Of a stretch of 64,000 nucleotides of DNA, positions 1 through 32,483 are shown one piece after another. Source of the stretch: Eledone cirrhosa (lineage: Eukaryota); the NCBI GenBank assembly GCA_964016885.1, contig OZ024744.1, forward strand, positions 55,738,001 through 55,802,000. The letters run 5' to 3'. Every line of letters begins with the position of its first letter. Within the stretch, counting starts at the first letter, position 1. The position numbers and the translations under genes are program-made. Under the pieces are notes generated by a model. That model saw nothing but the letters and a program-made list of their open reading frames with translations. It made no database searches and was not told the origin of the DNA.

Positions 1-663
1 GATAAACTCATTTTTCCAATGCAGGTGGGTTCTATAGAAGTGGTTGATAGCTTCCGGTACCTAGGTGATCAGATTAGCATGGGAGGGGGAGGGGGGTTCT
101 GAGGCCATAGTATCTAGAATAAGGACGGGTTGGAAGAAGTTTAGGGAGCTGCTTCCATTGTTGACAAAGAAGGTTTCTCCTTGCATACGAAATGACGGTT
201 ATATGATGCCTGTGTGAGATGCGCGATGCTGCATGGTAGTGAAACATGGGCAGCAACTGCAGACGATATGCGACGGCTGGAGAGAAATGAGGCAAGCATT
301 GTCCGTTGGATGTGCAGTGTAAATGTGCATGAACGACCAAGCATAGACGAGTTGAGAAAGAAACTGGGTATAAGAGGGATAAGTTGTGGTGTGCAGGAGA
401 AAAGACTGAGATGGTATGGACATGTGATGCACATGGAGGATGACCGATGGGTGAAGAAGTGCCAGGAAATACCAGTAGAAGGAAGACGCAGTAGAGGTAG
501 ACCACGAAAAACATGGGTGGAGGTGGTGAGAACAGACCTCAGATCACTGAAGCTCACGGAGGAGATGACGAAGGACCGTGACAAGTGGAGAGATGCTGTG
601 CCGAATAGGACCCGTCCAACCCTTGCAAGCAGGGAAAAGTGGATGTAAAATGATGATGATGAT
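1..663 (+). mobile_element. RTE-clade LINE, 3' fragment (RT C-terminus/thumb) with (GAT)n tail; family RTE-2
   Basis: ORF 214..648 has AMLHGSETW...RRLRWYGHV-like...GRPRKTW motifs, and upstream FRYLGD. Ends gtaaaatgatgatgatgat. Closely matches 54460-55120. Confidence 0.9.
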
Positions 664-674
664 ATATATATATA

Positions 675-860
675 TCATCAGTGTTTAGTGTCTATTTTCC
701 ATGCTGTTACGGGTTAGTTAAGTTGTCCCTCTGCGACCATGTTTTGCTCATACAGAACTGTCTCTGGTTTGGTTTCTATAACTGGATGACCTTCTTAATG
801 CCAACCACCTTACAGGGTTGACTTTTTGTGAACACATTACATGGACTTGGGGCTTTTGTT
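675..860 (-). mobile_element. Degenerate SINE/RTE 3'-UTR fragment (GGATGCCCTTCC-type family)
   Basis: catcatc...ttccatgct...ctggatgaccttcttaatgccaacc matches the reverse complement of 31765-31921. Confidence 0.6.
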
Positions 861-879
861 GTGTTATTCATATAGAAAT

Positions 880-1870
880 ACACACACACACATACGTATA
901 TATGTATACATGTATGTATATCCATATATACACACATGCATATGAATGTGTGTATATATGTATGTATATCCATACACACACACAAGCATATGAATGTGTG
1001 TCTATATGTATGTATATCCATATATACACACATGCATATGAATGTGTGTTTATATGTATGTATATCCATATATACACACATGCATATGAATGTGTGTGTG
1101 TATGTGTATGTGTATTATTTGTTTCATGCATTAGAAAATGAATTCTATAAATGTTTCGAATTGCTATATTTAAATTCCAACACACACACACACACATAGG
1201 CTTATGTAAGTGAGTAAATATATGTATGTGTGTATGTGCATGTGAGTGTGTGTGTGTGTCTGCGCATGTGTGTATGTGTGTCTACATATATATGTGTGTA
1301 TATGTGTGTGTCTACATATATATGTGTGTATATGTGTGTGTGTGTGTGTATGTGTGTGTGTGTGTCTACATATATATGCGTGTATATGTGTGTATGTGTG
1401 TATGTCTGTGTGAGTGTCTGCGCATGTGTGTATGTGTGTATATATATATATGTGTGTATGTGTGTGTGTGTATGTCTACATATATATGTGTGTATATGTG
1501 TGTATGTGTGTATGTCTGTGCGTGTGTCTGCACATGTGTGTATGTATGTCTACATATATGTGTGTATATGTGTGTGTGTATGTCTACATATATATGTGTG
1601 TATATGTGTGTATGTGTGTATGTCTGTGTGTGTGTCTGCGTTAGTGTGTATGTGTGTCTACATATATATGCGTGTATGTGTGTGTGTGTGTGTTTACATA
1701 TATATGTGTGTATATGTGTGTATGTGTGTATGTCTGTGTGTGTGTCTGCACATGTGTGTATGTGAGTCTACATATATATGTGTGTATGTGTGTATGTCTG
1801 TGTGTGTGTCTGCGCATGTGTGTATGTGGGTCTAGATATATATGTGTGTATGTCTGTGTGTGTGTGCGTG
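880..1870. repeat. Complex (TA)/(TG)/(CA) microsatellite with ~48-bp and longer superperiods
   Basis: Repeating atatgtatgtatatccatatatacacacatgcatatgaatgtgtgt, then TG-rich blocks marked by gtctac and gtctgc. Confidence 0.9.
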
Positions 1871-2319
1871 TATACATATTATTTTGGTCTTCTCTATTCT
1901 ATTCTGTGTCCACAAGAAATGCCCTTGACACAATGGCAGGAGAAAACAAGTGATGTCATACCTCTGGGTTTAAAATAATTACAAAACTAATACAATAAAA
2001 AAACAACAAAAAACTGAAATGACACGAAATAAAAACAATGAAAGAAAAGAGAATATGTTGTTTATTTGTTTTGATTTTTTTTTTTTCCCTACTCCCCATA
2101 TGCACAGATATGCCTGTATGATTAAGGATTTTGCCTTGCAATAGGTTCAGTCCTAATGCATAGTAAGTAGAATGTAGGGTTACTATATTCTACTATAGCC
2201 TCCAGTTGACCAATGCATTGTCGGTGAAATTTGGTAAATGGTAACTGTGCAGAAGCCTGTCGTATATGTATATATATATAGTTTTGTGGTATATATATAT
2301 GTATATATATATATTATGT

Positions 2320-2500
2320 TGGTACCACAAAACATTCAGCCCACACTATAAATGTGGTTGCCATTAGGAAGGGCATCCAGCCGTAGAAAACCTGCCAGAA
2401 ATAGTCTTATATGAGCGAGACATGGTCACCCAACCCAACTTGCCTCTAAATGGGACAAACCCATGATAGCGTGGAAGATATACATTAAACGATGATGATT
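2320..2500 (+). mobile_element. SINE/RTE 3'-UTR fragment with (GAT)n tail
   Basis: aggaagggcatccagccgtagaaa...ttaaacgatgatgat, as at 34530-34683. Confidence 0.7.
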
Positions 2501-2549
2501 TTGGTAATGATATATATATATATATATACACACATATATATATATATAT

Positions 2550-3425
<876 letters not shown>

Positions 3426-3427
3426 AC

Positions 3428-4197
3428 ATCATCATCATCGTTTAACATCCATCTTCCACGCTAGCATGGGTTAGACGGGAGTTGTCCCATTTGAAGCAAG
3501 ATTGGTCGGGTGACCGTGTCTTATTCATATAAGACTGTTTCTGGCAGGTTTTCTATGGCTGGATGCCCTTCCTAACACCAACCACATTTACAGTGTGGAC
3601 TGGGAACTTTTTACCATGTTACCTACACGGCCATATTACAGCGTGGACTGTGTGTTTTTTTTGTTGTGACACCTACATGATCTCGATCTCGATCTCATTA
3701 TCTTATTTTATTGGACTGGATGTTGTGGTACCAACTTTACAGAGAGAGGGTGGTGTTGGTGGGAGTGGGAGGATGGAGTAGGGGTAGTGGATTGTAGTAT
3801 ATATTTGGTTAGGAGGTGCCTACTGACTGTAGGTTATGCTTTGTACATAGGCAAGGCGGATCTTCTGTATTACTGCGTAGCGCCAAAGATCTCGGTCCAG
3901 AGACATTGTCTTAGAGAGGTGTAAGTGTGTAAGGTTGGAATTTATTAAATCATCCCAGGTTTTTCTGGGTCTGCCTACTCCGTAACTACCATCAATTTTG
4001 ATCGCCCTGCACTTTTTTATGCAGCTGTCGTCTTTCATGCGCATCACATGACCATATCAACGTAGTCTTCTCTCAAGTAAATCTGATCCCTCTTATTCCT
4101 AATTTCTCACTTAGTTCATTTATGCTTTGCCGTTCACGTATATTACTATTACACATCCAACGGAGCATGCATGCTTCGTTCCTTTCCAGTCGGCGCA
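3428..4197 (-). mobile_element. RTE-clade LINE 3' fragment with long 3' UTR (family RTE-1)
   Basis: ORF 3820..4047 (DDSCIKKC...GRPRKTWDD). The region is the reverse complement of 33935-34683. Confidence 0.88.
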
Positions 4198-4480
4198 TCA
4201 TCATCATCATCGTCGTTTAATATCCATTTTTCTCTGCTAGCATGGGTTAGATGAGTTCTGTTGTGAGACAAGCAAGGTCAGGTGATCATGTTTTGCTTAT
4301 ACAGAACTGATTTTGGCTTGGTTTCTACAGCTGGATGCTCTTCCTAGCGCCAACCAATTTTACAATGTGTACTAGGTGCTTTTTGTCCTGACACCGCCAT
4401 GACCACTTTACAGTGTGGACTGGGTGCTTTTTGTCATGTCACCTAAATGATCACTTTACAGTGACACTTTATTTCACGTT
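4197..4480 (-). mobile_element. SINE 3' part with two copies of the internal ~48-bp unit
   Basis: (CAT)n tail; ctggatgctcttcctagcgccaacc; ttacagtgtggactgggtgctttttgtcatg. Confidence 0.7.
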
Positions 4481-5019
4481 GCTCCTTCTACCTGGAGTTA
4501 CAGCCGATAGATAGTATCAGCAATTGGAAAGACCAATGAAAACATTGTTTCCTCAGTCCGATTTGATGAAAGTTGATTGACTGTCAATGTGTAGATGGAA
4601 AAATTAACTTTTAAATAATTTTTAATTCTTACACATGTTTCAAGAGAGTTATACATCAAATTATTTGAATAATTTTAGGTAAAAATTCATATAATCAAGA
4701 TCTATACATATACAATAATACAGAGATATTGTTTGCACTTTTCCATCTTAAAAAAAATATGCTAAATTGAAGCAGAATGTATCTGAAATTCAAATCTCAC
4801 ATTATATAAGAAGGAGATTATCTCAAGATTATCCATTGACATAGAGAATGACTAGAAATTAATATGAAAACTAACAGTTATTTATTACCATGAAAGCATG
4901 GGTTAGACAAGTTATCCCTAGAACGTTTTCAATCCATTGTTTTTCTGGCTACTATTCTGTGTATGATGTGCAATGCTGCAAGGTAGTGAGACAAGGGCAG
5001 TGAATGCAGAGGATATGTA

Positions 5020-5370
5020 AAGGGTGGAAAGAAATGAAATGAGCATGGTTCACTGGTTATGTAATATTAGAGTGCATGAATTGTGAAGGATGGAGGATTT
5101 ATGAGAAAAGCTGGGTATGAGAAATCAGAAGTAGTATGTAGGACAGTAGACTGCACTGGTATGGTCATATAGTATGTATGGGTGATGATCATTAGATAAA
5201 GAAGTGCCAGGAAATCCCAGTGGAAGGTAGTTGCATTAGAGGAAGATCAAGGGTAGACCTGGATAGAAGTGGTAAGAGCTGATCCTAATTCACTGAAGCT
5301 CACAGAGGAGATGAAGAAGGACTGAAAAAGACAGATCCAACCCATGCAAGCAATGGATGATGATGATCAC
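5020..5370 (+). mobile_element. Highly degraded RTE 3' fragment
   Basis: tggtatggtcat...aagaagtgccaggaaatcccagtggaagg...gatgatgat, similar to 410-660. Confidence 0.7.
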
Positions 5371-5630
5371 TGCCTAAAACAAAACAAAAAAAGACTCCAT
5401 GATGAGTATATCACTTATCATGATGAGTATAACACTTATACTTGGTGTGTGTATGTGTCTATCTGTCTGTTTGAGCGCCTGTATTGGGGGGGGGGGGGGT
5501 TAGAGGTGGCGGCGGCGGCGGCGGTGGTGGTGGTGTGGTGGTGGTGGTGGTGCATATAAGAAAAAATGCCAGCAGGTTTACAACTAAAATCCCAAAGATT
5601 CCATTAATAAAATATTTTTTGCTCCTTGCT

Positions 5631-5738
<108 letters not shown>

Positions 5739-5856
5739 CATCACCTTCACCTTCACTGTTGTTGTTGTCATTGCAATTGTTGTCATCACTGTCCTTGCTG
5801 TCATCATCACCTAACACCATCGCCACAAAAATCCCACGGCAGCACCACCACCACCG

Positions 5857-6334
<478 letters not shown>

Positions 6335-6501
6335 ACACCAGGGAAGAAGGTGCAGCATGCTGTTCTGTTGTCTCAGTAGATTACTCAGGGACAGTTCTTA
6401 TCACCATTAGCCTGATGCAGTGGGAAGAAGGGGAAAGATGTCTGCTGCCTCCATTAACATTATTTTCTTTTCCTTATCTGTGTTGTTATTTTTGTCATGT
6501 A

Positions 6502-7838
6502 AAGGGAGGAGGTACATAAAAGGGGGCACACTGCCTGCTGGTTAGGGGAGAGGTATATGAAGAGGATACACAGCCTACTGGTTAGAGAAGAAGTACATGA
6601 AGGGAGTACACAGCCTACTGGTTAGGGAGGAGGTACATGAAGGGGGTACACAGCCTACTGGTTAGGGAAGAGGTACATGAAGGGGGTACACAGCCTACAG
6701 GCTAGGGAGGAGGTACATGAAGGGGGTACACAGCCTACAGGTTAGGGAGGAGGTACATGAAGAGGATACACAGCCTACTGGTTAGAGAAGAAGTACATGA
6801 AGGGAGTACACAACCTACTGGTTAGGGAGGAGGTACATGAAGGGGGTACACAGCCTACAGGTTAGGGAAGAGGTACATGAAAGGGGTACACAGCCTACTG
6901 GTTAGAGAAGAGGTACATGAAGGGAGTACACAGCCTACTGGTTAGGGAGGAGGTACATGAAGGGGGTACACAGCCTACTGGTTAGGGAAGAGGTACATGA
7001 AGGGGGTACACAGCCTACTGGTTAGGGAAGAGGTACATGAAGGGGGTACACAGCCTACAGGTTAGGGAAGAGGTACATGAAGGGGGTACACAGCCTACTG
7101 GTTAGAGAAGAAGTACATGAAGGGAGTACACAGCCTACTGGTTAGGGAGGAGGTACATGAAGGGGTACACAGCCTACAGGTTAGGGAAGAGGTACATGAA
7201 GGGGGTACACAGCCAACAGGTTAGGGAAGAGGTACATGAAGGGGGTACACAGCCTACTGGTTAGAGAAGAAGTACATGAAGGGAGTACACAGCCTACTGG
7301 TTAGGGAGGAGGTACATGAAGGGCGTACACAGCCTACAGGTTAGGGAAGAGGTACATGAAGGGGGTACACAGCCTACAGGTTAGGGAAGAGGTACATGAA
7401 GGGGGTACACAGCCTACTGGTTAGAGAAGAGGTACATGAAGGGGGTACACAGCCTACAGGTTAGGGAAGAGGTGTATGAAGAGGATACACAGCCTACTGG
7501 TTAGAGAAGAGGTACATGAAGAGGGTACACAGCCTACAGGATAGGGAAGAGGTACATGAAGGGGGTACACAGCCTACAGGTTAGGGAAGAGGTACATGAA
7601 GGGGGTACACAGCCTACAGGTTAGGGAAGAGGTACATGAAGGAGGTACACAGCGTACTGGTTAGAGAAGAGGTACATGAAGGGGGTACACAGCCTACAGG
7701 ATAGGGAAGAGGTACATGAAGGGGGAACACAGCCTACAGGTTAGGGAAGAGGTACATGAAAGGGTACACAGTCAACTGGTAAGGGGAGAGGCACATGAAA
7801 GGGTACACAGTCTATTGGTTAGAGAAGAAGTATATGAA
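6502..7838 (+). repeat. 40-bp purine-rich minisatellite, ~33 units
   Basis: Unit GTTAGGGA(A/G)GAGGTACATGAAGGGGGTACACAGCCTAC(T/A)G. Confidence 0.95.
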
Positions 7839-7934
7839 GGCGGCACTAATATCATCGGTCTCACTCAGCTTCGACATTGAGTCCTTGAGCGAAATACTTC
7901 ATTTCACATTGCACCAGGTCAATCAGCTGATAAT

Positions 7935-26906
<18,972 letters not shown>

Positions 26907-27312
26907 TGAGAGACTGGTACTTTCAATCCCTGACTTGAGAAAGCTTTAACCTTCATTTTATTTGTGTTTAGAAATAGAATAGAATGAATGTATAGCAAAG
27001 ATAAGCCAAGGTTTTATTGTTATCAAAGTAAGCTCATCTAGGTAGAAAATGTTACCAATTACTGAATTGGTATGTAACCATCCAACAACACACCACATGT
27101 ATGTTTCGTTTCTCTGCATTGCATACCTGTCCACTTTTTCTATCTCCTGGGGTCTTTTACCTGATTTGTTCAACTACTAATATTGTTATTTGTACTGTGG
27201 CAATTATATTTCCAAATTTTAAATTTCCCAATGCTTCATAATTCAACTAAATCTTGTCTATGTGTGTGTGTGTGAGTGTATGTGTGTGAGTGTGTATATA
27301 TATATGTTTATA

Positions 27313-28050
27313 CTATCGAGAACCTCCAGACGGTATTGCTAAACAATCTACCAATACCGTCTGGATGTTCTATATAGTTATCACAAACAAGTTTGTTTTT
27401 TCTTAATTTTTTATTTTAATTGAGTTTGGCTGACCGTTTTGTTTATAGTTAGTATACCGTTCAACCTAGCAAATTTTTGGTCGCTTATAATCTGAATACA
27501 GATCTGTATATATCTGTGTTCTTTTCTATATTGAATTATATTATACGGCCCAGAAAATGTTTTTTCCTTGAGCTAAATTTTAATTTTAATGGACCTTAAT
27601 GAGTTTCTAACTCAAGATATACTTTGATGTACGGCTCCTTAAATTTAATTTTGTAGAGCTAAGTAATCGTCCCATAAACGAAGCTGCTATTTTTAGCAGT
27701 ATAGGTTTTTTTGCAAGACACGCTAGGTTCTGAATGCCTCGCGTGTCACTCTAAATGCACGTTTTATTTAGTCTTCTAAGATACCTAGAATTGAGGGGCT
27801 TACTAATTCCTTACACCCACTGACTAGCAGAAGAATTGATAATACTCTTCAATTAATGCAAAACAGTTTACCAAATACTATCTGGATGTTCTCGATAGTT
27901 ATCAAAAATGGTTTGTTTTTTTCTTAATTTTTTCTTTTAATTAAGTCTGGCTGACCGTTTTGTTTATAGTTAGTATGCCGTTCAACCTAGCAAACTGTTG
28001 GTCCCTTATAATCTGAATATAGATCTGTATATATCTGTGTTCTTCTCTTT
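27313..28050 (+). mobile_element. Partial-tandem non-coding element (520-bp period) with 5' inverted segment; Penelope-like pLTR relic
   Basis: Direct repeats ~27351-27528 and ~27871-28047; inverted arms at 27313-27338 and 27352-27377; decayed hammerhead-like motif at 27593-27706; adjacent to TG/TA microsatellite. Confidence 0.6.
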
Positions 28051-28095
28051 TTATTGAATTGTATATGTTTATATTAATTTATTAATGTTAGTGAA

Positions 28096-28134
28096 TCTTG
28101 TTATTCTGGAGTTTCACAGGGTCATCAGACAAGA
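28096..28134 (-). ncRNA. Degenerate minimal type I hammerhead motif
   Basis: Minus strand reads TCTTGT-CTGATGA-CCCTGT-GAAA-CTCCAGAA-TA-ACAAGA. Perfect 6-bp stem I and core; stems II and III imperfect. Confidence 0.5.
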
Positions 28135-28261
28135 ATTGATGACCTTGTGATAAATAGGTGAAACTCCAGACTAACAACACTCACTATTTAGCCTTGATAA
28201 AATTAATATTAAAACTCTACTTTGGCATTGAGTACTTTTTTCTCTCAGCCGTCAACCACAT

Positions 28262-29770
28262 ACGATTAAAGGTAGACAAGGCACCAGGCAAAGACAACAT
28301 TGCTGCAGCTATACTCAACAAGCTCTTCGACAGGTGTTTAGATGAATGCTGGAAGAATGCTGTAATTGTCCTAATCCACAAGAAAGGTGATGAAACAGAC
28401 CTCAGAAACTACTGCCCAATCAGCTTCCTACTCATCATTTACAAAGGATGCTCAGTACAACTGCACCAACCAAGAGAGCAAGCAAGATTTAGGTCAAGAT
28501 TTTCAACAATAGACCACATTGAGGTAGTTAGTCAACTTCCCTAACTGCTTTGCCTTAACCTTTTAATGTTCAAACTGGCCAAAACTGGCCAGAATTCTTT
28601 ACCTCTTTCTGTTGAAACTAGCTGTAACTGGCAACTCATAGTGATGTTAAGGTATTGTTCTCAAAATAAATGCTTTCAAAATCTCATAGATTCGATATTA
28701 TGTGAGATATTTATGCGAGGTAAAGACTTTATCATGAAAATATAATAGTATATATAGAGTAATGTGAATGCTAAAGGGTTAATCAACTATGAAAAAGCAT
28801 TTGACCACCTCAAATTCGCCCCACTATTCACAGCACTGGAGAACCAAGGAGTGTACCCTGCTTACATCACACTACTTAAGGACTTTTACAATGGTGCTAC
28901 ATCTCTCATATTACACCAAGACAGTGATAAGATCAAGTTAGAAAGAGGAGCAAGACAAAGAGACAAAATTTCCCTGAGAATGTTTACAAGATGCCATCAT
29001 TAACAAAGTCAACTGGGAGAACAAGGGTATCAACATAGATGGTAAACTCCTCAGCTACGTACACTTGGCAGGTGACATCATCCTAACAGCTCATACACCA
29101 CAAGAATTGGAGGAGATGCCTAATGTTATCCACACTGTAATCCAACCAAGGTTATGTTTAACAGCCATACTAAACAATCACCAGTTATTGTGGATGGAAA
29201 GACCATCAAGGAAGTAGACTGTTATGTGTACCTTGGAAAGAAGATACCAAGAGATGGTACCATACTTCTGGAGGTCAAAAGAAAGATTGGGCTTGGTTGG
29301 GTAGATTTTCAGAAAAGTTAAAAACATCATTAGAAGTCCCAAGTGAAGAATCAAAACAAAAAGAAAGTTGTTTAATGAATATGATCTGCTGCGGGTGAAT
29401 TATGGAAGTGAGGCATGGCCACTCAACACCACCACTGCAGAGACTCTTGTAGTGTCCCAAATGGGGTGAATCATGCTTGGCATGAACTTACATGACAGGA
29501 GTAGCAACACCTGGATTCAACAGAAGACTGGAGTGAATGGCATAATCGAGAACATCACGATGGGGATCAAACATAGATTGACTGGCCATATCTCTTGTCT
29601 CAGAGACAACAGGTGGACTATTAGAGTGACAGAGTGGACACCATGGCAGTGGAGAAGAACTAGAGGGCAGCCAAACCAACAACCTGACCTATTACTTCAT
29701 CCCCACATGGTCTAGTATAGCCAGAGATAGGTAAGAGTGAAGGTTAACCAGGGAAGGGTTTTTCCAATAG
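28262..29770 (+). mobile_element. Degraded RTE/BovB-like LINE (third RTE family)
   Basis: KAPGKDNI, HKKGD..DLRNY.PIS, QPREQA.FR, YEKAFD, RGARQ.D.IS, GHI..L.DNRWT.RVTEW motifs across broken frames. Confidence 0.85.
28559..28778. mobile_element. TTAA-specific (piggyBac-like) MITE inserted in the LINE RT
   Basis: TTAA at 28555-28558 and 28779-28782; imperfect TIRs CCTTTTAATGTTCA / TGAATGCTAAAGGG. Removal restores FALINYEKAFD. Confidence 0.7.
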
Positions 29771-30308
29771 TAATGAGAAGTTCCTGGATTTGGATATGTA
29801 CATGCATGTGTGAGTGCGTGTATGCTTGTACTTATGTTAGTATGTGTATATGCACCTCTCATCCTCTCCCACAACTACCACATCTGTCATTCACAAATAA
29901 CACACCTGTTAAGTTCTGCAACAGAAAAAGAAAAGAAAGAAGAACCCAACTACATGCAAACCACCACACAATCACACACACACACACACACAGAGACACA
30001 GACACACACTGGATAGGATGGGGTGTTTTATATACACGGATCACTTAACTGTCTCTCAACTACATTCTTTGATGATTTTTCACTGTAAGGTACACCCAAC
30101 AACCTACTTCAATATCACAGTAACTTGTCACTGAACAATCAGTGATGATCTGCCCGATTCTCCACATTCAGCTGAGGGAGAAATTCTCGCAACCATCTGG
30201 CGTTATGCAATAATACAGAAGACATGCCTTCCTAGGCTGAATCTGAAGCAAACATATATATAATATGCATCACCTCCAACCCACTCTACCATACATCTCT
30301 TATGAGGA

Positions 30309-31762
30309 CACTGTAAAGTAGTCATGTAGATTTCATGACAAAAAGCGCCCAGTCCACGCTGTAAAGTGGTTGTGTAGATTTCATGACAAAAAGCGCCCAG
30401 TCCACGCTGTAAAGTGGTTGTGTAGGTGTCATGACAAAAAGCACCCAGTCCACACTGTAAAGTGGTTGTGTAGGTGTCATGACAAAAAGCGCCCAGTCCA
30501 CACTGTAAAGTGGTTGTGTAGGTGTCATGACAAAAAGCACCCAGTCCACACTGTAAAGTGGTTGTGTAGGTGTCATGACAAAAAGCACCCAGTCCACACT
30601 GTAAAGTGGTTGTGTAGGTGTCATGACAAAAAGCACCCAGTCCACACTGTAAAGTGGTTGTGTAGGTGTCATGACAAAAAGCACCCAGTCCACACTGTAA
30701 AGTGGTTGTGTAGGTGTCATGACAAAAAGCACCCAGTCCACACTGTAAAGTGGTTGTGTAAGTGTCATGACAAAAAGCGCCCAGTCCACGCTGTAAAGTG
30801 GTTGTGTAGGTGTCATGACAAAAAGCACCCAGTCCACACTGTAAAGTGGTTGTGTAGGTGTCATGACAAAAAGCACCCAGTCCACACTGTAAAGTGGTTG
30901 TGTAGGTGTCATGACAAAAAGCACCCAGTCCACACTGTAAAGTGGTTGTGTAGGTGTCATGACAAAAAGCACCCAGTCCACGCTGTAAAGTGGTTGTGTA
31001 GGTGTCATGACAAAAAGCACCCAGTCCACACTGTAAAGTGGTTGTGTAGGTGTCATGACAAAAAGCGCCCAGTCCACACTGTAAAGTGGTTGTGTAGGTG
31101 TCATGACAAAAAGCGCCCAGTCCACGTTGTAAAGTGGTTGTGTAGGTGTCATGACAAAAAGTACCCAGTCCACATTGTAAAGTGGTTGTGTAGGTGTCAT
31201 GACAAAAAGCACCCAGTCCACACTGTAAAGTGGTTGTGTAGGTGTCATGACAAAAAGCACCCAGTCCACACTCTAAAGTGGTTGTATAGGTGTCATGACA
31301 AAAAGCACCCAGTTCACACTGTAAAGTGGTTGTGTAGGTGTCATGACAAAAAGTACCCAGTCCACACTGTAAAGTGGTCATGTAGGTGTCACAACAGAAA
31401 GCGCCCAGTCCACACTGTAAATAGGTCATGTAGGTGTCACAACAAAAAGCACCCAATCCACACTGTAAAGTGGTTGTGTAGGTGACATGACAAAAAGTAT
31501 CCAGTCCACACTGTAAAGTGGTCATGTAGGTGTCACAACAGAAAGCACCCAATCCACACTGTAAATAGGTCATATAGGCATCATGACAAAAAATACCCAA
31601 GCCCACACTGTAAATAGGTCATGTAGGTGTCATGACAAAAACACCTGGCTCACACTGTAAATAGGTCATGTAGGTGCCATGAAAAAAATACGGGGGGGGG
31701 GGGGGCACACTGTAAATAGGTCATGGAGGTGTCATGACAAAAAACACCTGACTCACACTGTA
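30309..31762 (+). repeat. 48-bp minisatellite, ~30 units, derived from a SINE/RTE internal unit
   Basis: Unit CAGTCCACACTGTAAAGTGGTTGTGTAGGTGTCATGACAAAAAGC(A/G)CC. Confidence 0.95.
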
Positions 31763-31922
31763 AGTGTGGTTTGCATTAAGAAGGGCATCCGGTCATAGAA
31801 ATCAAACCAGAAACAGTTCTGTGTGAACAAGACACGGTCACCTGACCCAACATGCCTCAAACGGGATAACCCCTCTAACTCATGCCAACATGGAAAAACG
31901 GACGTTGAATGATGATGATGAT
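31763..31922 (+). mobile_element. SINE 3' terminus with (GAT)n tail, contiguous with the 48-bp array
   Basis: aagaagggcatccggtcatagaaa...ggacgttgaatgatgatgatgat. Confidence 0.8.
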
Positions 31923-32348
31923 AAGTGAATTTTTATAGTTTGTTCAACTAAAAATAAAATAAAAAAATAATAAAAAAAATAAAAAAAGAAACTTAACCTA
32001 ATTGGGTATGGAACTGGGGCCCACTGCATCGCTAAAAGATCATGTTATAATGCTACTTTTGTAAAGATCAGAGACTCATTCAGGTGTAACAGACTTTATT
32101 CCCATGGGATAGTGACAGCATCATTCCATATTCCTTCAAGAACAGACAGTCCAGTCAAGTCTGTATATGTGTGCCCGAGTGTGTGTATGTGTGTTCGTGT
32201 GTGTGTGTCATCGATTATCCAACCAGACCACATCATCAATGAGAAACATTAACAATGTAACAGAAGAACAAATCTAAGTGATGGTGACCTATTTTTTTGG
32301 TTTTGTTTGCCAGTTACATTAAAATGTTTTGAAATGTCGTCGTTTTCC

Positions 32349-32410
<62 letters not shown>

Positions 32411-32472
32411 TTGTTGTTGTTGTTGTTCTTCTTCTTCTTCTTCTTCTTCTTCTTCTTCTTCTTCTTCTTCTT
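32349..32472. repeat. Compound (GTT)n(GTC)(CTT)n microsatellite
   Basis: Direct reading. Confidence 0.95.
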
Positions 32473-32483
32473 CCATTATTATT

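Noticed and set aside
776-1953. Cys/Val/Tyr-rich ORFs
   Set aside because: Translations of TG/TA microsatellite.
6502-7838. CRISPR array or true telomere
   Set aside because: No spacers; TTAGGG occurs only once per 40-bp unit, not in tandem.
30309-31762. CRISPR-like array, or a 467-aa Cys-rich repeat protein (ORF 30203..31606)
   Set aside because: Units are contiguous with no unique spacers and no cas genes. The ORFs arise because a 48-bp unit is stop-free, and the unit is SINE-derived.
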